DNA of 64,000 nt, from assembly GCA_004431415.1 (NCBI GenBank), contig QPMI01000477.1, positions 620,001 through 684,000 of the forward strand, read 5' to 3'. A program made the translations under genes and the position numbers. Below are positions 9,720-19,492 of this stretch, piece by piece. Origin of the DNA: Cyanophora paradoxa CCMP329. Lineage: Eukaryota; Plantae; Glaucophyta. Numbering within the stretch: position 1 is the first letter of the stretch; the number at the start of each line of letters is the position of its first letter. Under the pieces are notes generated by a model. It worked only from the letters and a program-made list of their open reading frames with translations, searched no databases and had not been told where the DNA came from.

Positions 9720-9983
9720 TCGGCATCTTCAAACGCTCGTATCTCACCACCAGATCATCAGATCGTGACCGTCGACATAGCGCTGGAAAGCGCTTGAAAA
9801 GATCTACACGATGGTGTAGGTATCAAGTATATATACGTATAGATTACATACAAATATTTCGAAAAAACGATTAATCGGCTACTTTCTACTGTAAGGAACA
9901 TACAGTAAAATAATGCGAAAATACAGTAGCTACTGTTAAAAAAGCCATAATCTGGCGCACCATACATCAGAAGTCCTGATGTA

Positions 9984-11525
9984 TCATACACTTCGAATAA
10001 ATGCACCTGTCACATCCACTCTCATAGTTGGGGCATTTATATATACCAGTGGATAAATACGAATATACCTTGTCCTCAGAGGGTAGCCAATATAGAAAAC
10101 GTCTCTAATAGAGGTGGGAAACCCAGAACTGTATGAGACATCACCACTATTGTGGGCATTATTAATGGTTTCACACATGAACACTCTATTCACACCTTCA
10201 TACTTGATAAATGACCAGGAAACACCATCTTGTGATGTTGCAACATTGAAGGTCTTAACAAAGGCATTGGTCACACCAGAACCATATGCAATTATAGATG
10301 CTATCTCAAATATATATGGGAAGGATACTTGGAGATACTCAGTGGGAACACTCCATATCCCATCAGGAGCAGATGCATTTGCCTCCCAACCTGTTAAAGA
10401 AGGTCTTGCTTTAAATGCCTCCCTTCCAATTTTCGATGATGAAGCAGTGAATGCACCATCTGACAGAAGATACCAGTTAGCATCAATGGGAGGTATATTA
10501 TTCAGAGTGGATGATATATAGAACCTTGCAGGGTTCTTGATTTCGTAATTTGCAACCAGTAAATCACAGAGTCTATCAATCATTACTGTGTTTGCTGCTA
10601 TATACATTTCGGTTGCATCTATCATATCAGGGATCTTAGAGGTATCATCCAGAGAGTTTACTATGGTCTTTGGAAGTGGAACAGAGAGTCTATAATATCT
10701 TGCATATCCTTGGTCATCATTATATGGGAGAAACTCTTGCATCTTTTCCAGGGCTGAGAGTTCACTTGCAGCCATCAACATATTAATTAATGGACTCCCA
10801 GAGGTCGAAGCAATCCATGAGAGAATGCCCCAGCTGTTGACATCTTCATAGGAATATCCCACATTTGGGGCATCTGTTTCATTGACCTCACCACAGGATA
10901 TACTGATCACAATTATATCATCATCATCATCATAGATCTTTTTAGCATGGCTGTAACCACATACACTGGGATTGTTGTTACCTGATATTGCACCATCAAT
11001 TAGAGACATCCCATCATAGTTCACAGGTGAGAAGTAAGTAGGTGCAGCAGAGGTGGATCTTGCAGCAATCTTGCTGGGGATGGATTTGTAGGAATTATCA
11101 TTGGTGATAAAGATGGGCTTCATACTCACAGTATCAAAACTTGTGATCACCACATCTTTTAGAGAGTCTTGAATCAGTGACTCACCAGTAACAGTGAGAA
11201 TGGCTGTCTCCAATGGGGTCACATCATACTTGGTGTTGAAAAGGGCATTATCTATAATATTTCTGGGATTTGCAAAGATTAATGGAAGTTGATTGAGATA
11301 TGTTGAATGCAAATCGGTAGCAGTGAGTTTGGGTTCGTTTGGAAATTCGAGATTTTTCACATTGAGACCAATCGCAATAATCCCACCAGTGGATGTTCCA
11401 CTCACCAGGTCAACAAGGTCTATTACTCTTTTTCCAGTTCGAGTTTCGATTTCTTTTAGCAATCTCGTAATAATTATACCACGAGCTCCCCCACCTGAGA
11501 GACTGAGAATTACACGAAGGGGCAT
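9984..11525 (-). CDS. Patatin-like phospholipase fused to a C-terminal F5/8 type C (discoidin) domain
   Basis: LSLSGGGARG, GTSTGG nucleophile, STSAAPTYF, IDGA. C-terminal FTASSS, EYLQVSF, VKTFNVATSQDGVSW, RTRYIRIYP and MRVDVTG. Start set at GTAAAG-ATG (11525). Confidence 0.9.
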   Translation of the reverse strand: MPLRVILSLSGGGARGIIITRLLKEIETRTGKRVIDLVDLVSGTSTGGIIAIGLNVKNLEFPNEPKLTATDLHSTYLNQLPLIFANPRNIIDNALFNTKYDVTPLETAILTVTGESLIQDSLKDVVITSFDTVSMKPIFITNDNSYKSIPSKIAARSTSAAPTYFSPVNYDGMSLIDGAISGNNNPSVCGYSHAKKIYDDDDDIIVISISCGEVNETDAPNVGYSYEDVNSWGILSWIASTSGSPLINMLMAASELSALEKMQEFLPYNDDQGYARYYRLSVPLPKTIVNSLDDTSKIPDMIDATEMYIAANTVMIDRLCDLLVANYEIKNPARFYISSTLNNIPPIDANWYLLSDGAFTASSSKIGREAFKARPSLTGWEANASAPDGIWSVPTEYLQVSFPYIFEIASIIAYGSGVTNAFVKTFNVATSQDGVSWSFIKYEGVNRVFMCETINNAHNSGDVSYSSGFPTSIRDVFYIGYPLRTRYIRIYPLVYINAPTMRVDVTGAFIRSV

Positions 11526-11574
11526 CTTTACTTTACTCAAATTTAATAAATCTCTATAAGTAGAGTAAACAGGG

Positions 11575-14500
11575 ATGAGTTTCAATTATCCAGCAAACCT
11601 GCAAACCATTCCTTCATCAGGAAGAGGGAAGGCAGATAACAAACATGTAAATTTCGATAACTTGACAGCCAGAGGGTCAATCTCAATCGACCATAGTGCA
11701 GATGAACCCTCAAAGACTCACCCAAGAATGCATGCACTTTCAATAAACGAAATGGATCCTGAAAAAGAGGATGTGAGTGTTGCTTTCAGCATGGGGAATG
11801 TGAAATCGAATCAGGTAGCCCAGATTGAAGCAACCAGGAGCAGACCAAGAAAACTGAAAACCAGTGGAACCCATCCAGATATTCCAACTCGATTCGATAG
11901 TGGAAGGTTGATATTCAATGTTCAAAATGAGAAGGGTGGGCATCAGAGTGGTTTAAGAATCTATAATGAAGGATCAAATGCAATTGCACAAATTCCCGAA
12001 ATATTACAGATAGCACCCCATGGAGAGACCAACAAAATCGAGTTCACTAACAATGTTTATCCACGAGATATTGTGGCGAATTCGGCTTCTAATGCGCAAT
12101 TCGGTTTCCAACTACCAAGTGATACAGCAAAGAATAAGGCGTCTATCACTGTCAACAGTAGCCCCACTCAACCAGTAACAATTCATTTACATCCAGACCT
12201 TGTCGAAATGGATAGGCACCTTTTACCTCTGGTAACTAATACCAAAGATCTTGGTATCAGAACCAGGCAATGGCGAAATATCCATGGAAGCAATGTCTAT
12301 GCAAATGGAGAGAAACTTGTAAGTGAGAAGACCATAAGAGAGATCTTTGAATATTATGGACCTGTCCCAGTTCCCTTTCCTCTTCCATGGGATCCACCAG
12401 ATTTAACACCAAAAAAGCAACCAGGAAGAGAATACACAGCAGATGAGACAGTTCCCTTTGGGCAGCACATTGTGAGTTGGGAGCAGGTTCGAAATAAACC
12501 TATAATTGAACCGAGAAAGCAAATAGATGAGCAATATTTACCACCTGAAATCGATATTTTGGAGCTTGACGAATACCAATTCGTTCCAGATGAGGAGGAA
12601 TACCTACCTGATGGTTTCGACCCACAGGAGTATGAATATGATCAATATGACCCCAATGAGGAAGAGTATTTACCAGATGGTTTAGATCCACAAGAGTATG
12701 AATATGAGCAGAATTATGAACCCCATGAGGAATATTTAGCAGATGGTCACGAACCACCAGTTGTTGATTATGAGCAACCATATGAACCCCATGAAGAATT
12801 ATTACCAGATGGATTTCGACCTGAGATTTGGGAATTCTTCCCTGATTGGGAGCAGATCAACAATAAACCAGCCAGATTTCCACCAGAGGATCACAACCAT
12901 GACTGGGATGAGATCTTAGGTAAACCAGACAAATTCCCACCAGAGGATCACAGGCATGATTGGGGTGATATTGATGGAAAACCAGAAAAGTTCCCACCAG
13001 AAGACCATTTGCATATTTGGAGTGAAATACGAGAACAACCCACTTTTGCATCAGCAGGTAATGTATTATTAGGAGATATTAACAATGGTGTGAGTCTCTA
13101 TCAAAATATAGACACACCAGCAAGATTACAATTAAATGATTACTATGTGAATCGAAAGGGAATAGATGCAGGCACCACAATGGAAGGCGAATTATACATT
13201 AGACCCCCTACAAGAAATGGAATATTGGGACTTGGTGGTGGTATTGAAATTAAAGACACCAAACCAGGTATCTATCTTACCAGCTACTATGCAGATGACA
13301 TCCCAATGACAGGGGGTTTATTTTCTCTACCATCTGATCCAGCAAACTATGATGATAAAAACGCTGCAATCCAAATTAATGTTACTGATGTGAGTGATTT
13401 AGATTCATCAAGACCGAAATTAATATTCAGCAGAGAGAGATTGTTACCAGATGCACTTTTGGGGAACCGAGATGACTATAAACAATGCGAGGTTGCATGG
13501 ATCAAAACGAATTATAATGGTGGAGTTGGTGAGGGAGTTTTAGAAATCAATCAGAGGGCAGCAGCAAAGAATATTCACAATGAGACCATATCAAGAGTGG
13601 TAACAGAGGATTACCTTCAAGCCCAAAACTACATAGATGAAACAGAACTGAATACAATTATTGCAGGTATTAATATTGGTGTGACAGGGGATTACCTTCC
13701 TCTCACAGGAGGGATTATTGATGGAACAGTGACAGCATGCAACTTCTTTGTCCATACTGAAAGCAATCAAACCTTCCCTGTTGTCCATCCAGGAGGTGAG
13801 TATGAGATACCTGATGATCCAGCTATTATGCCCATTAAGATTGATCTCCCTTCTGATTATGTTGGAAGGGGTGAACTCAAAATCATCTCTTTCACAGGAG
13901 ATTATAATGATCTCACTAATAAACCCACCCCATCTAATCTACACCCTGTTGCATATTCAGGTAGCTTCCTTGATCTGAATAATCGAGCACACACCCACAC
14001 AAAGGCAGAGATCACAGATTTCGCACACACTCACACAAAATCCCAGATTACAGATTTTGCACACTTCCACACCAGAGCAGATATTACTAATTTTGCTCAC
14101 ACTCATGTTAAATCAGAGATTTTAGATCTCGGAAATGTTGCATATGTTGGTCACACCCATACCAAGGCAGAGATTACAGATCTTGGAAATGTTGCATATG
14201 TAGGTCACACCCACACTAAGGCAGAGATTACAGATTTTGCACATACTCATGATTGGAATACAGATATTTATAACAAACCAGCGATTTTCTCGGGCAACTA
14301 CAATGATCTGACCAATAAACCCACCCTTGATCCCTTTACAGCAAATAATATCACTGCAAATGCAAACCTTCTCATTGGATCAGGTTACTTTCTCGATTAT
14401 GACCCATATATTATGCCTGATCCTCCTGTTATTTGGAATTTCCACAATTCAACCCTTTCTACTAACTCTATATCTTACTATCAGGATAAAACACTCCTTG

Positions 14501-14892
14501 TTCGTGGTAATGCATATGCAAGAGAAATGTGGGTCATGGATCCTCGGGACAACTCCAAGGTGACTAAGTTAGCACCCCAATACATGCTTGATAACCTGAT
14601 TAGAAAAGGGAGACATGAAATGACAATTGCAAATCCTCAAATTGGGGGCAGTTCAGCAAGGCAAAACCATACCATTACATTAAATTGGAGTCCTGCCTTT
14701 GCATCTGCTCCATCTGTTGTTGTTACATTGCAGGGACTACCTGCAACAAATGTGGAAATCGATTATAAAATAGGAATATCAAGCAACTCAACAACCTCTA
14801 CCACAATCAATCTTGTTATTTGGGCAGCAGGATGGGTAACCATTCAACCACAGTGGCTTCAAATTGCAATTCATTGGATAGCAACAGCATAA
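11575..14892 (+). CDS. Large phage-tail-fibre-like virion fibre protein (1105 aa)
   Basis: HTHTKAEITD(F/L) x~7, FPPEDHxHxW...GKP x3, G(D/N)YNDLTNKP x2, acidic EEYLPDG repeats, P...DLG...QWRNI motif, and lectin-like tip FASAPSVVVT...IHWIATA. Confidence 0.82.
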   Translation: MSFNYPANLQTIPSSGRGKADNKHVNFDNLTARGSISIDHSADEPSKTHPRMHALSINEMDPEKEDVSVAFSMGNVKSNQVAQIEATRSRPRKLKTSGTHPDIPTRFDSGRLIFNVQNEKGGHQSGLRIYNEGSNAIAQIPEILQIAPHGETNKIEFTNNVYPRDIVANSASNAQFGFQLPSDTAKNKASITVNSSPTQPVTIHLHPDLVEMDRHLLPLVTNTKDLGIRTRQWRNIHGSNVYANGEKLVSEKTIREIFEYYGPVPVPFPLPWDPPDLTPKKQPGREYTADETVPFGQHIVSWEQVRNKPIIEPRKQIDEQYLPPEIDILELDEYQFVPDEEEYLPDGFDPQEYEYDQYDPNEEEYLPDGLDPQEYEYEQNYEPHEEYLADGHEPPVVDYEQPYEPHEELLPDGFRPEIWEFFPDWEQINNKPARFPPEDHNHDWDEILGKPDKFPPEDHRHDWGDIDGKPEKFPPEDHLHIWSEIREQPTFASAGNVLLGDINNGVSLYQNIDTPARLQLNDYYVNRKGIDAGTTMEGELYIRPPTRNGILGLGGGIEIKDTKPGIYLTSYYADDIPMTGGLFSLPSDPANYDDKNAAIQINVTDVSDLDSSRPKLIFSRERLLPDALLGNRDDYKQCEVAWIKTNYNGGVGEGVLEINQRAAAKNIHNETISRVVTEDYLQAQNYIDETELNTIIAGINIGVTGDYLPLTGGIIDGTVTACNFFVHTESNQTFPVVHPGGEYEIPDDPAIMPIKIDLPSDYVGRGELKIISFTGDYNDLTNKPTPSNLHPVAYSGSFLDLNNRAHTHTKAEITDFAHTHTKSQITDFAHFHTRADITNFAHTHVKSEILDLGNVAYVGHTHTKAEITDLGNVAYVGHTHTKAEITDFAHTHDWNTDIYNKPAIFSGNYNDLTNKPTLDPFTANNITANANLLIGSGYFLDYDPYIMPDPPVIWNFHNSTLSTNSISYYQDKTLLVRGNAYAREMWVMDPRDNSKVTKLAPQYMLDNLIRKGRHEMTIANPQIGGSSARQNHTITLNWSPAFASAPSVVVTLQGLPATNVEIDYKIGISSNSTTSTTINLVIWAAGWVTIQPQWLQIAIHWIATA

Positions 14893-14917
14893 TTAAGATT
14901 CTCACACTATTACAAAG

Positions 14918-15985
14918 ATGACCTCTCTATTAGAAATCCCAAACTATGAACTTGCCGCCAAATCATTACATAGCACCTCCCATGAAGTAGTCGACTCTAC
15001 GCCCGGTTTTATTTGCACTGAAACTACAAGCAATACCTCTTTCACAGAGAATAATATACTGAGAGTCAAAGAAATTCGATGTGATCGCAATAATGGTAAG
15101 ATAAGAACCACAGGTATTATTATCTCGAATACAAATCAAGTCCAATCAGGTCAGGTAGTCCCGGATTCAGCAATATATGATAATGTGGGTGGAGTCACCA
15201 CAGCACAGATAGTGACTTTTGGGAACACAAGCAATAATTCCGCTCTTGTAGTCAAGAGTGGAGGAGCCTACATTGGAGATGGAGCAAATGTAGCAGGAAC
15301 TGTCACAGCAAATCAACTATCTGTGAGTGGGACAAGTAGTTTTGGTGGGTATATGAATTTCAATGGTGGGCTTTCAGGGAATATTCAGTATGGAACACTC
15401 ACACTTTCCACAAGAATAAACACACCTGAGATTGACAACATGAGTGACACAGTCATGAATTACAAGAGGAATGGGGACACCATCTTTTCTCTTCAAAAAA
15501 CAACTCAAATAGATAACACAACTGTTCAACATCTCACACTTCCGACAAGCAAATATCTCAAATTAAGTAGCCATCCTCGTTTCTTTGCAACAAAACAGCA
15601 ACCAAATGGGTCAATAACTGCAACAATTTCCTCAATAAATATATATCCAACAACAGGAGTCATAGTGAACCAAGGAAATCATTTCGATCCTGCGACAGGG
15701 CTTTTTACTGCCCCTGTTACAGGAAACTATCTTGTCACATTTAGTGGATCCTGTTATTGGACTGGAAGAACAACTAATATTGTTACATTTTTACAGAAAA
15801 ACGGAAGCTCATCTGGAATTGAAGTTAATACTAATTATGCATCTGCATATGCAAACAATGGGTTCGAAATTATTGTAGACCTTCAAGCCAATGATTCCAT
15901 CAGAATATCATATAATAGCAGTGGTGGAGGTTCTATATATTATAATATCAGATGGTTCTTTGGATGCATGCTTGTCCATTCATAA
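14918..15985 (+). CDS. Fibre paralogue 1: shared N-terminal module plus C1q-like head
   Basis: C-terminal HPRFFA...NQGNHFDPATGLFTAPVTGNYLVTF...VDLQANDSI...FFGCMLV is a C1q domain. Confidence 0.85.
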   Translation: MTSLLEIPNYELAAKSLHSTSHEVVDSTPGFICTETTSNTSFTENNILRVKEIRCDRNNGKIRTTGIIISNTNQVQSGQVVPDSAIYDNVGGVTTAQIVTFGNTSNNSALVVKSGGAYIGDGANVAGTVTANQLSVSGTSSFGGYMNFNGGLSGNIQYGTLTLSTRINTPEIDNMSDTVMNYKRNGDTIFSLQKTTQIDNTTVQHLTLPTSKYLKLSSHPRFFATKQQPNGSITATISSINIYPTTGVIVNQGNHFDPATGLFTAPVTGNYLVTFSGSCYWTGRTTNIVTFLQKNGSSSGIEVNTNYASAYANNGFEIIVDLQANDSIRISYNSSGGGSIYYNIRWFFGCMLVHS

Positions 15986-16007
15986 TATTGTCTACATAAT
16001 ATAAAGT

Positions 16008-17027
16008 ATGACCACTCAAATAGCTGTTCCTGTGTTCTGTTATGCTGCCCCGAAATTACATCAACTCAACCACACAGTAACAGATGCAACCCCTGGGTTT
16101 ATTTGCACTGAAACAACAGGTGCCGATTCGTTTTCTCAAAACTCTGTGATCAGATGCAAAGAAATTCGATGTGATCGCAATGGGGGCAAGGTGAGAACCA
16201 CAGGTTTAATTGTCTCCAATAAGAACCAAGTCCAATCAGGTGAGATTGTTTCTGATTCCACAATATATGATGATGTAGGAGGGTTCACCACACCCAAAAT
16301 AGTAACCTTTGACAACACAATTAATAACTCTGCTCTTGTTGTGAGAAGTGGAGGAGCTTACATTGGAGATGGGGCAAGGGTTGATGGAACCCTAACAGCA
16401 AATCAGGTAAGTATTACAGGAACAAGCACCTTTACAGGATTGGTAACAGCAAATGCTGGTATTTCACTACCAATTGCCTCACAATCCATAATCACAGCAA
16501 CAAACAAGGTTGTCACACCAGAAATCGATACAGGAGCCAATGTAGACCTTCTTCTCAAACGAAATAGTAACACTGTCGCTACTCTGGAAGCGAATAGTTT
16601 GACAGTTAATACAGGGTGTTATCTCAAAACATCACATCCACGATTTTCAGTTCAACTTGGCTACAATCACACTGCTACAACTTCTGCTGATCTCATAAAC
16701 TGGGCAACAGTTCGAGTAAACAATACCAATTCATTCAGCACATCAACTGGAAGGTTCACAGCACCTGTTGCAGGACACTATCGATTTTCAGTATTCACTT
16801 CTTCAACCACAACTTCTGCTATTGAATTGTTTCTCAGGGTAAACAATGCAGATCCAGGGGGATTGAGCATTTCCCAAGTTCACAATCTGTCAACAACAAA
16901 TAAAGCGCTGTGTTTCTCTTGCATTCTCAATCTTGCCCAAAACGAATTTGTTACACTTGTTACAAATTCAGTCGGTTCATATGCAAGTAGCACAGCATTC
17001 TCAGGAGAATTAATAAGCATCGTTTAA
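16008..17027 (+). CDS. Fibre paralogue 2: shared N-terminal module plus C1q-like head
   Basis: HPRFSV...NNTNSFSTSTGRFTAPVAGHYRFSV...LNLAQNEFV...FSGELI; the first ~140 aa are highly similar to paralogue 1. Confidence 0.85.
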   Translation: MTTQIAVPVFCYAAPKLHQLNHTVTDATPGFICTETTGADSFSQNSVIRCKEIRCDRNGGKVRTTGLIVSNKNQVQSGEIVSDSTIYDDVGGFTTPKIVTFDNTINNSALVVRSGGAYIGDGARVDGTLTANQVSITGTSTFTGLVTANAGISLPIASQSIITATNKVVTPEIDTGANVDLLLKRNSNTVATLEANSLTVNTGCYLKTSHPRFSVQLGYNHTATTSADLINWATVRVNNTNSFSTSTGRFTAPVAGHYRFSVFTSSTTTSAIELFLRVNNADPGGLSISQVHNLSTTNKALCFSCILNLAQNEFVTLVTNSVGSYASSTAFSGELISIV

Positions 17028-17049
17028 TTTTCTTATGGTAGTTTAGGAA

Positions 17050-17316
17050 ATGTCGAATATATACCAAGTGGTTCTATCTGATATAGAAAAGTTGGGAATG
17101 GAATATTGCTGCGCATCTGTTCAGGACTGGATTGATAATGCTGCCCACAACAGGGCAAGAATCGCAATTGATGAGATTGTTCAGAAAGAGATCCAATCTT
17201 GCATCTCATCAGGAGTTCAGATACCAACCTCAAAGGAAGCCATTGTGTTACAGGCATTCCAAAGGGGAACTGTAAAGAAAGGCATCGAGTATAACAATGT
17301 CACAGAAGAGCAATGA
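17050..17316 (+). CDS. Small phage-type protein accompanying C1q fibres (possible fibre chaperone)
   Basis: QDWIDNAAHNRARIAIDEIV...VLQAFQRGTVK; I recall this motif from small marine-phage proteins encoded beside C1q-domain genes (recollection, not searched). Confidence 0.65.
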   Translation: MSNIYQVVLSDIEKLGMEYCCASVQDWIDNAAHNRARIAIDEIVQKEIQSCISSGVQIPTSKEAIVLQAFQRGTVKKGIEYNNVTEEQ

Positions 17317-17351
17317 ACATTATTTTTCTATCCTTCTTAGTAAAAGAAGCA

Positions 17352-18197
17352 ATGGGTGAATACAATCGAGTTCAACTGCCTATATATTCCCTTGGATCCC
17401 CTGCAATGCATTTTCGCCAGCATGAAGTAAATGATGAGGTTCGTGGTTTAGAATCCACAGAGAGACCCAATTCCAATGGTAACTCCTTTGATAAGAACTC
17501 AATTATTCGAGTTAAAGAACTGAGAGCAGACAAGAATTCTGGGGTTGTTAAAACAACTCGACTCCTTGTCTCAAATGCGAACTTCTTCCAACCAACTAAT
17601 GGAGGTCCTGATGCTTACAGTGTTGATCTGAAAGCCCTCGATTTCGATAAGAATTCTGCTGCTGTAACTGTGAGATCAGGTGGAGCATTTATTGGTGGTG
17701 GTTGCAGAGTTTCAGGTCAACTCTCCTCATCAATTGCATACAATGATGTCCCAGATACTCTTGAACAGAATGTTGAAGACCCCCAACGAATTCGATTATA
17801 TATACCAGTTGCACAACAGCCACTTATTCAATTTTACCAAGGTTATACTGTCACACTTGAAAACTCTGAATTGATTGAAGGAACCAAAAGAGTAATGAGA
17901 GGGCTGGTCATTCCTTCTGCAATGCTTTCTTTATGTAGAGCCAACAATAACCAGCCAGGTCACAGATACAATTTCAGTGTTCAAGGATATGATCATTTCG
18001 GCACAGGGTTCTGTGTTTATAATAACAATTTCACCTATGATCTGTTTGTTACAGATATTGGAAAATATACAATTACAGTTATGGGTATCAGAACAGATAT
18101 AGCTGCTGTCTCAGCTCTAAGAGGTGTTACTCCTGATACTCTTTCTCAAACAGGGTTTTACCAGGAACCAGATGTGATTGATAACCCAACCCCATAA
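17352..18197 (+). CDS. Fibre paralogue 3: shared N-terminal module plus non-C1q head
   Basis: IRVKELRADKNSGVVKTTRLLVSN and VRSGGAFIGGG align with paralogues 1, 2 and 4; the C-terminus (..DP.RIR.Y.P...V.GIRTD) aligns with paralogue 4. Confidence 0.78.
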   Translation: MGEYNRVQLPIYSLGSPAMHFRQHEVNDEVRGLESTERPNSNGNSFDKNSIIRVKELRADKNSGVVKTTRLLVSNANFFQPTNGGPDAYSVDLKALDFDKNSAAVTVRSGGAFIGGGCRVSGQLSSSIAYNDVPDTLEQNVEDPQRIRLYIPVAQQPLIQFYQGYTVTLENSELIEGTKRVMRGLVIPSAMLSLCRANNNQPGHRYNFSVQGYDHFGTGFCVYNNNFTYDLFVTDIGKYTITVMGIRTDIAAVSALRGVTPDTLSQTGFYQEPDVIDNPTP

Positions 18198-18220
18198 ATT
18201 ATATATCACTTTAATGTAAA

Positions 18221-19048
18221 ATGGCTGCCCCAGTAGAGCGAATTATTACACCCCAGCTATCATTAGCAGCACCTGCAAATCACGTTTTGCAGCATGCTAC
18301 TTTTGATGATGTAGAAGGTCTCCAATCCACAGAAGTCCAACCTACCATGAATACTTTTGGTTCCACCCACAAACTGAGATTGCAGGAACTCAGATGTGAT
18401 AAAAATAATGGTATAGTTAAGACAACGAAACTCCTTGTCACAAATGCAAACTTTTCTGCCCATTATGGAGACCCAGACAGTTATGGTGATCCTCTTTCTA
18501 CTTACTCTTTTGAATCTCGGTCGGGAGCTATTAACTGCAAAACGGGGGGAGCATATATTGGTGATGGTCTTCGGATTGGTGGAGCTGTTGGTGCGCCTCT
18601 TTTCGTAAATGATCAACCCAATCCCATTGATCCCAACACCAGAATTCGCACCTATGTCCCCAGCATGAATGCACCATATATTATCAAGATCTTCCCAATT
18701 GTTGTGAATGAACAGACATCAGTAGTTGATTCTCTTGTTGAGATTGGTGACCACTACAAGGTGGTCGTAGATATTCCACCAGATGTTTATGCTGTCTGTC
18801 AAGTAGAGGGTGGAACCCCAAATATTGCAGTTGTGATCACCCCATATGACAATTTCGGAATTGCTTATCATGGAGTGAATTTCGGTCTTGAAGATTACCA
18901 GTTCTTGGTGAGAGCCACCAGGTTTGGTATCTACAAATGCATTCTCTATGCTGAGAGAACCGATGCTATTGCAAGACAGAATACATATGCAGAATATTAC
19001 GGCACAAATCGCTACTTCCCCATTTTCGGGCAGGATACTGCTCCATAG
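18221..19048 (+). CDS. Fibre paralogue 4: shared N-terminal module plus non-C1q head
   Basis: LRLQELRCDKNNGIVKTTKLLVTN, KTGGAYIGDG; the C-terminal DQPNPIDP...VDIPP...VVITP...LYAERTD pattern resembles phage fibre C-terminal domains. Confidence 0.78.
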   Translation: MAAPVERIITPQLSLAAPANHVLQHATFDDVEGLQSTEVQPTMNTFGSTHKLRLQELRCDKNNGIVKTTKLLVTNANFSAHYGDPDSYGDPLSTYSFESRSGAINCKTGGAYIGDGLRIGGAVGAPLFVNDQPNPIDPNTRIRTYVPSMNAPYIIKIFPIVVNEQTSVVDSLVEIGDHYKVVVDIPPDVYAVCQVEGGTPNIAVVITPYDNFGIAYHGVNFGLEDYQFLVRATRFGIYKCILYAERTDAIARQNTYAEYYGTNRYFPIFGQDTAP

Positions 19049-19073
19049 AAATCTCAGGTATATATAGAGAGGG

Positions 19074-19346
19074 ATGGATGATAAAACAAAGAAATTCATA
19101 GAATCTGCAATGATGGTTCATGGTGATGCTAAATTCGATTATAGTGAGACAGTCTATAAGAAAGCACAAGAGAAGGTCTCTGTTAGATGCCTTAAATGCA
19201 ACAAGATCCTCCAAACCTACCCATTTAATCATGTAAGGGGAAGTGGATGCAGAGAGTGCAACAAGAAATCCTCTCATGCTTACAGAAAAAAGACGACATC
19301 AGGAATTGTAATAGATGATAAACCAGTAGTATTATATTTTGATTAG
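19074..19346 (+). CDS. Stand-alone DUF723-like zinc-ribbon protein
   Basis: FIESAMMVHGDAKFDYSETVY...VSVRCLKC...PFNHVRGSGCREC; no nuclease domain attached. Confidence 0.78.
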   Translation: MDDKTKKFIESAMMVHGDAKFDYSETVYKKAQEKVSVRCLKCNKILQTYPFNHVRGSGCRECNKKSSHAYRKKTTSGIVIDDKPVVLYFD

Positions 19347-19492
19347 ATCTTTGAAAGAGAGATGAGAATCTTTCCCCATTTTCCCTTGGTGATTATGCAT
19401 GTGTCAAAGCAGCTGGGACAGGTCTTGTGGTAGTGCAACAGAATGATATCCACCAACTCATAAGGTAGCACTCTTGCTAAGATGGTTCGCAT
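19343..19492 (-). CDS. 49-aa microprotein with F-box-like motif and CxxC, not in ORF track
   Basis: MRTILARVLPYELVDIILLHYHKTCPSCFDTCIITKGKWGKILISLSKI; stop overlaps the convergent zinc-ribbon stop. Confidence 0.45.
   Translation of the reverse strand: MRTILARVLPYELVDIILLHYHKTCPSCFDTCIITKGKWGKILISLSKI

Noticed and set aside
9270-9874. ORFs over the 9.3-9.9-kb region
   Set aside because: By-products of repeat arrays; no protein-like features.
14918-19048. Diversity-generating retroelement or invertase shufflon acting on the fibre genes
   Set aside because: No reverse transcriptase, no TR/VR pair with adenine-specific differences, no recombinase or inverted cassettes in the window.
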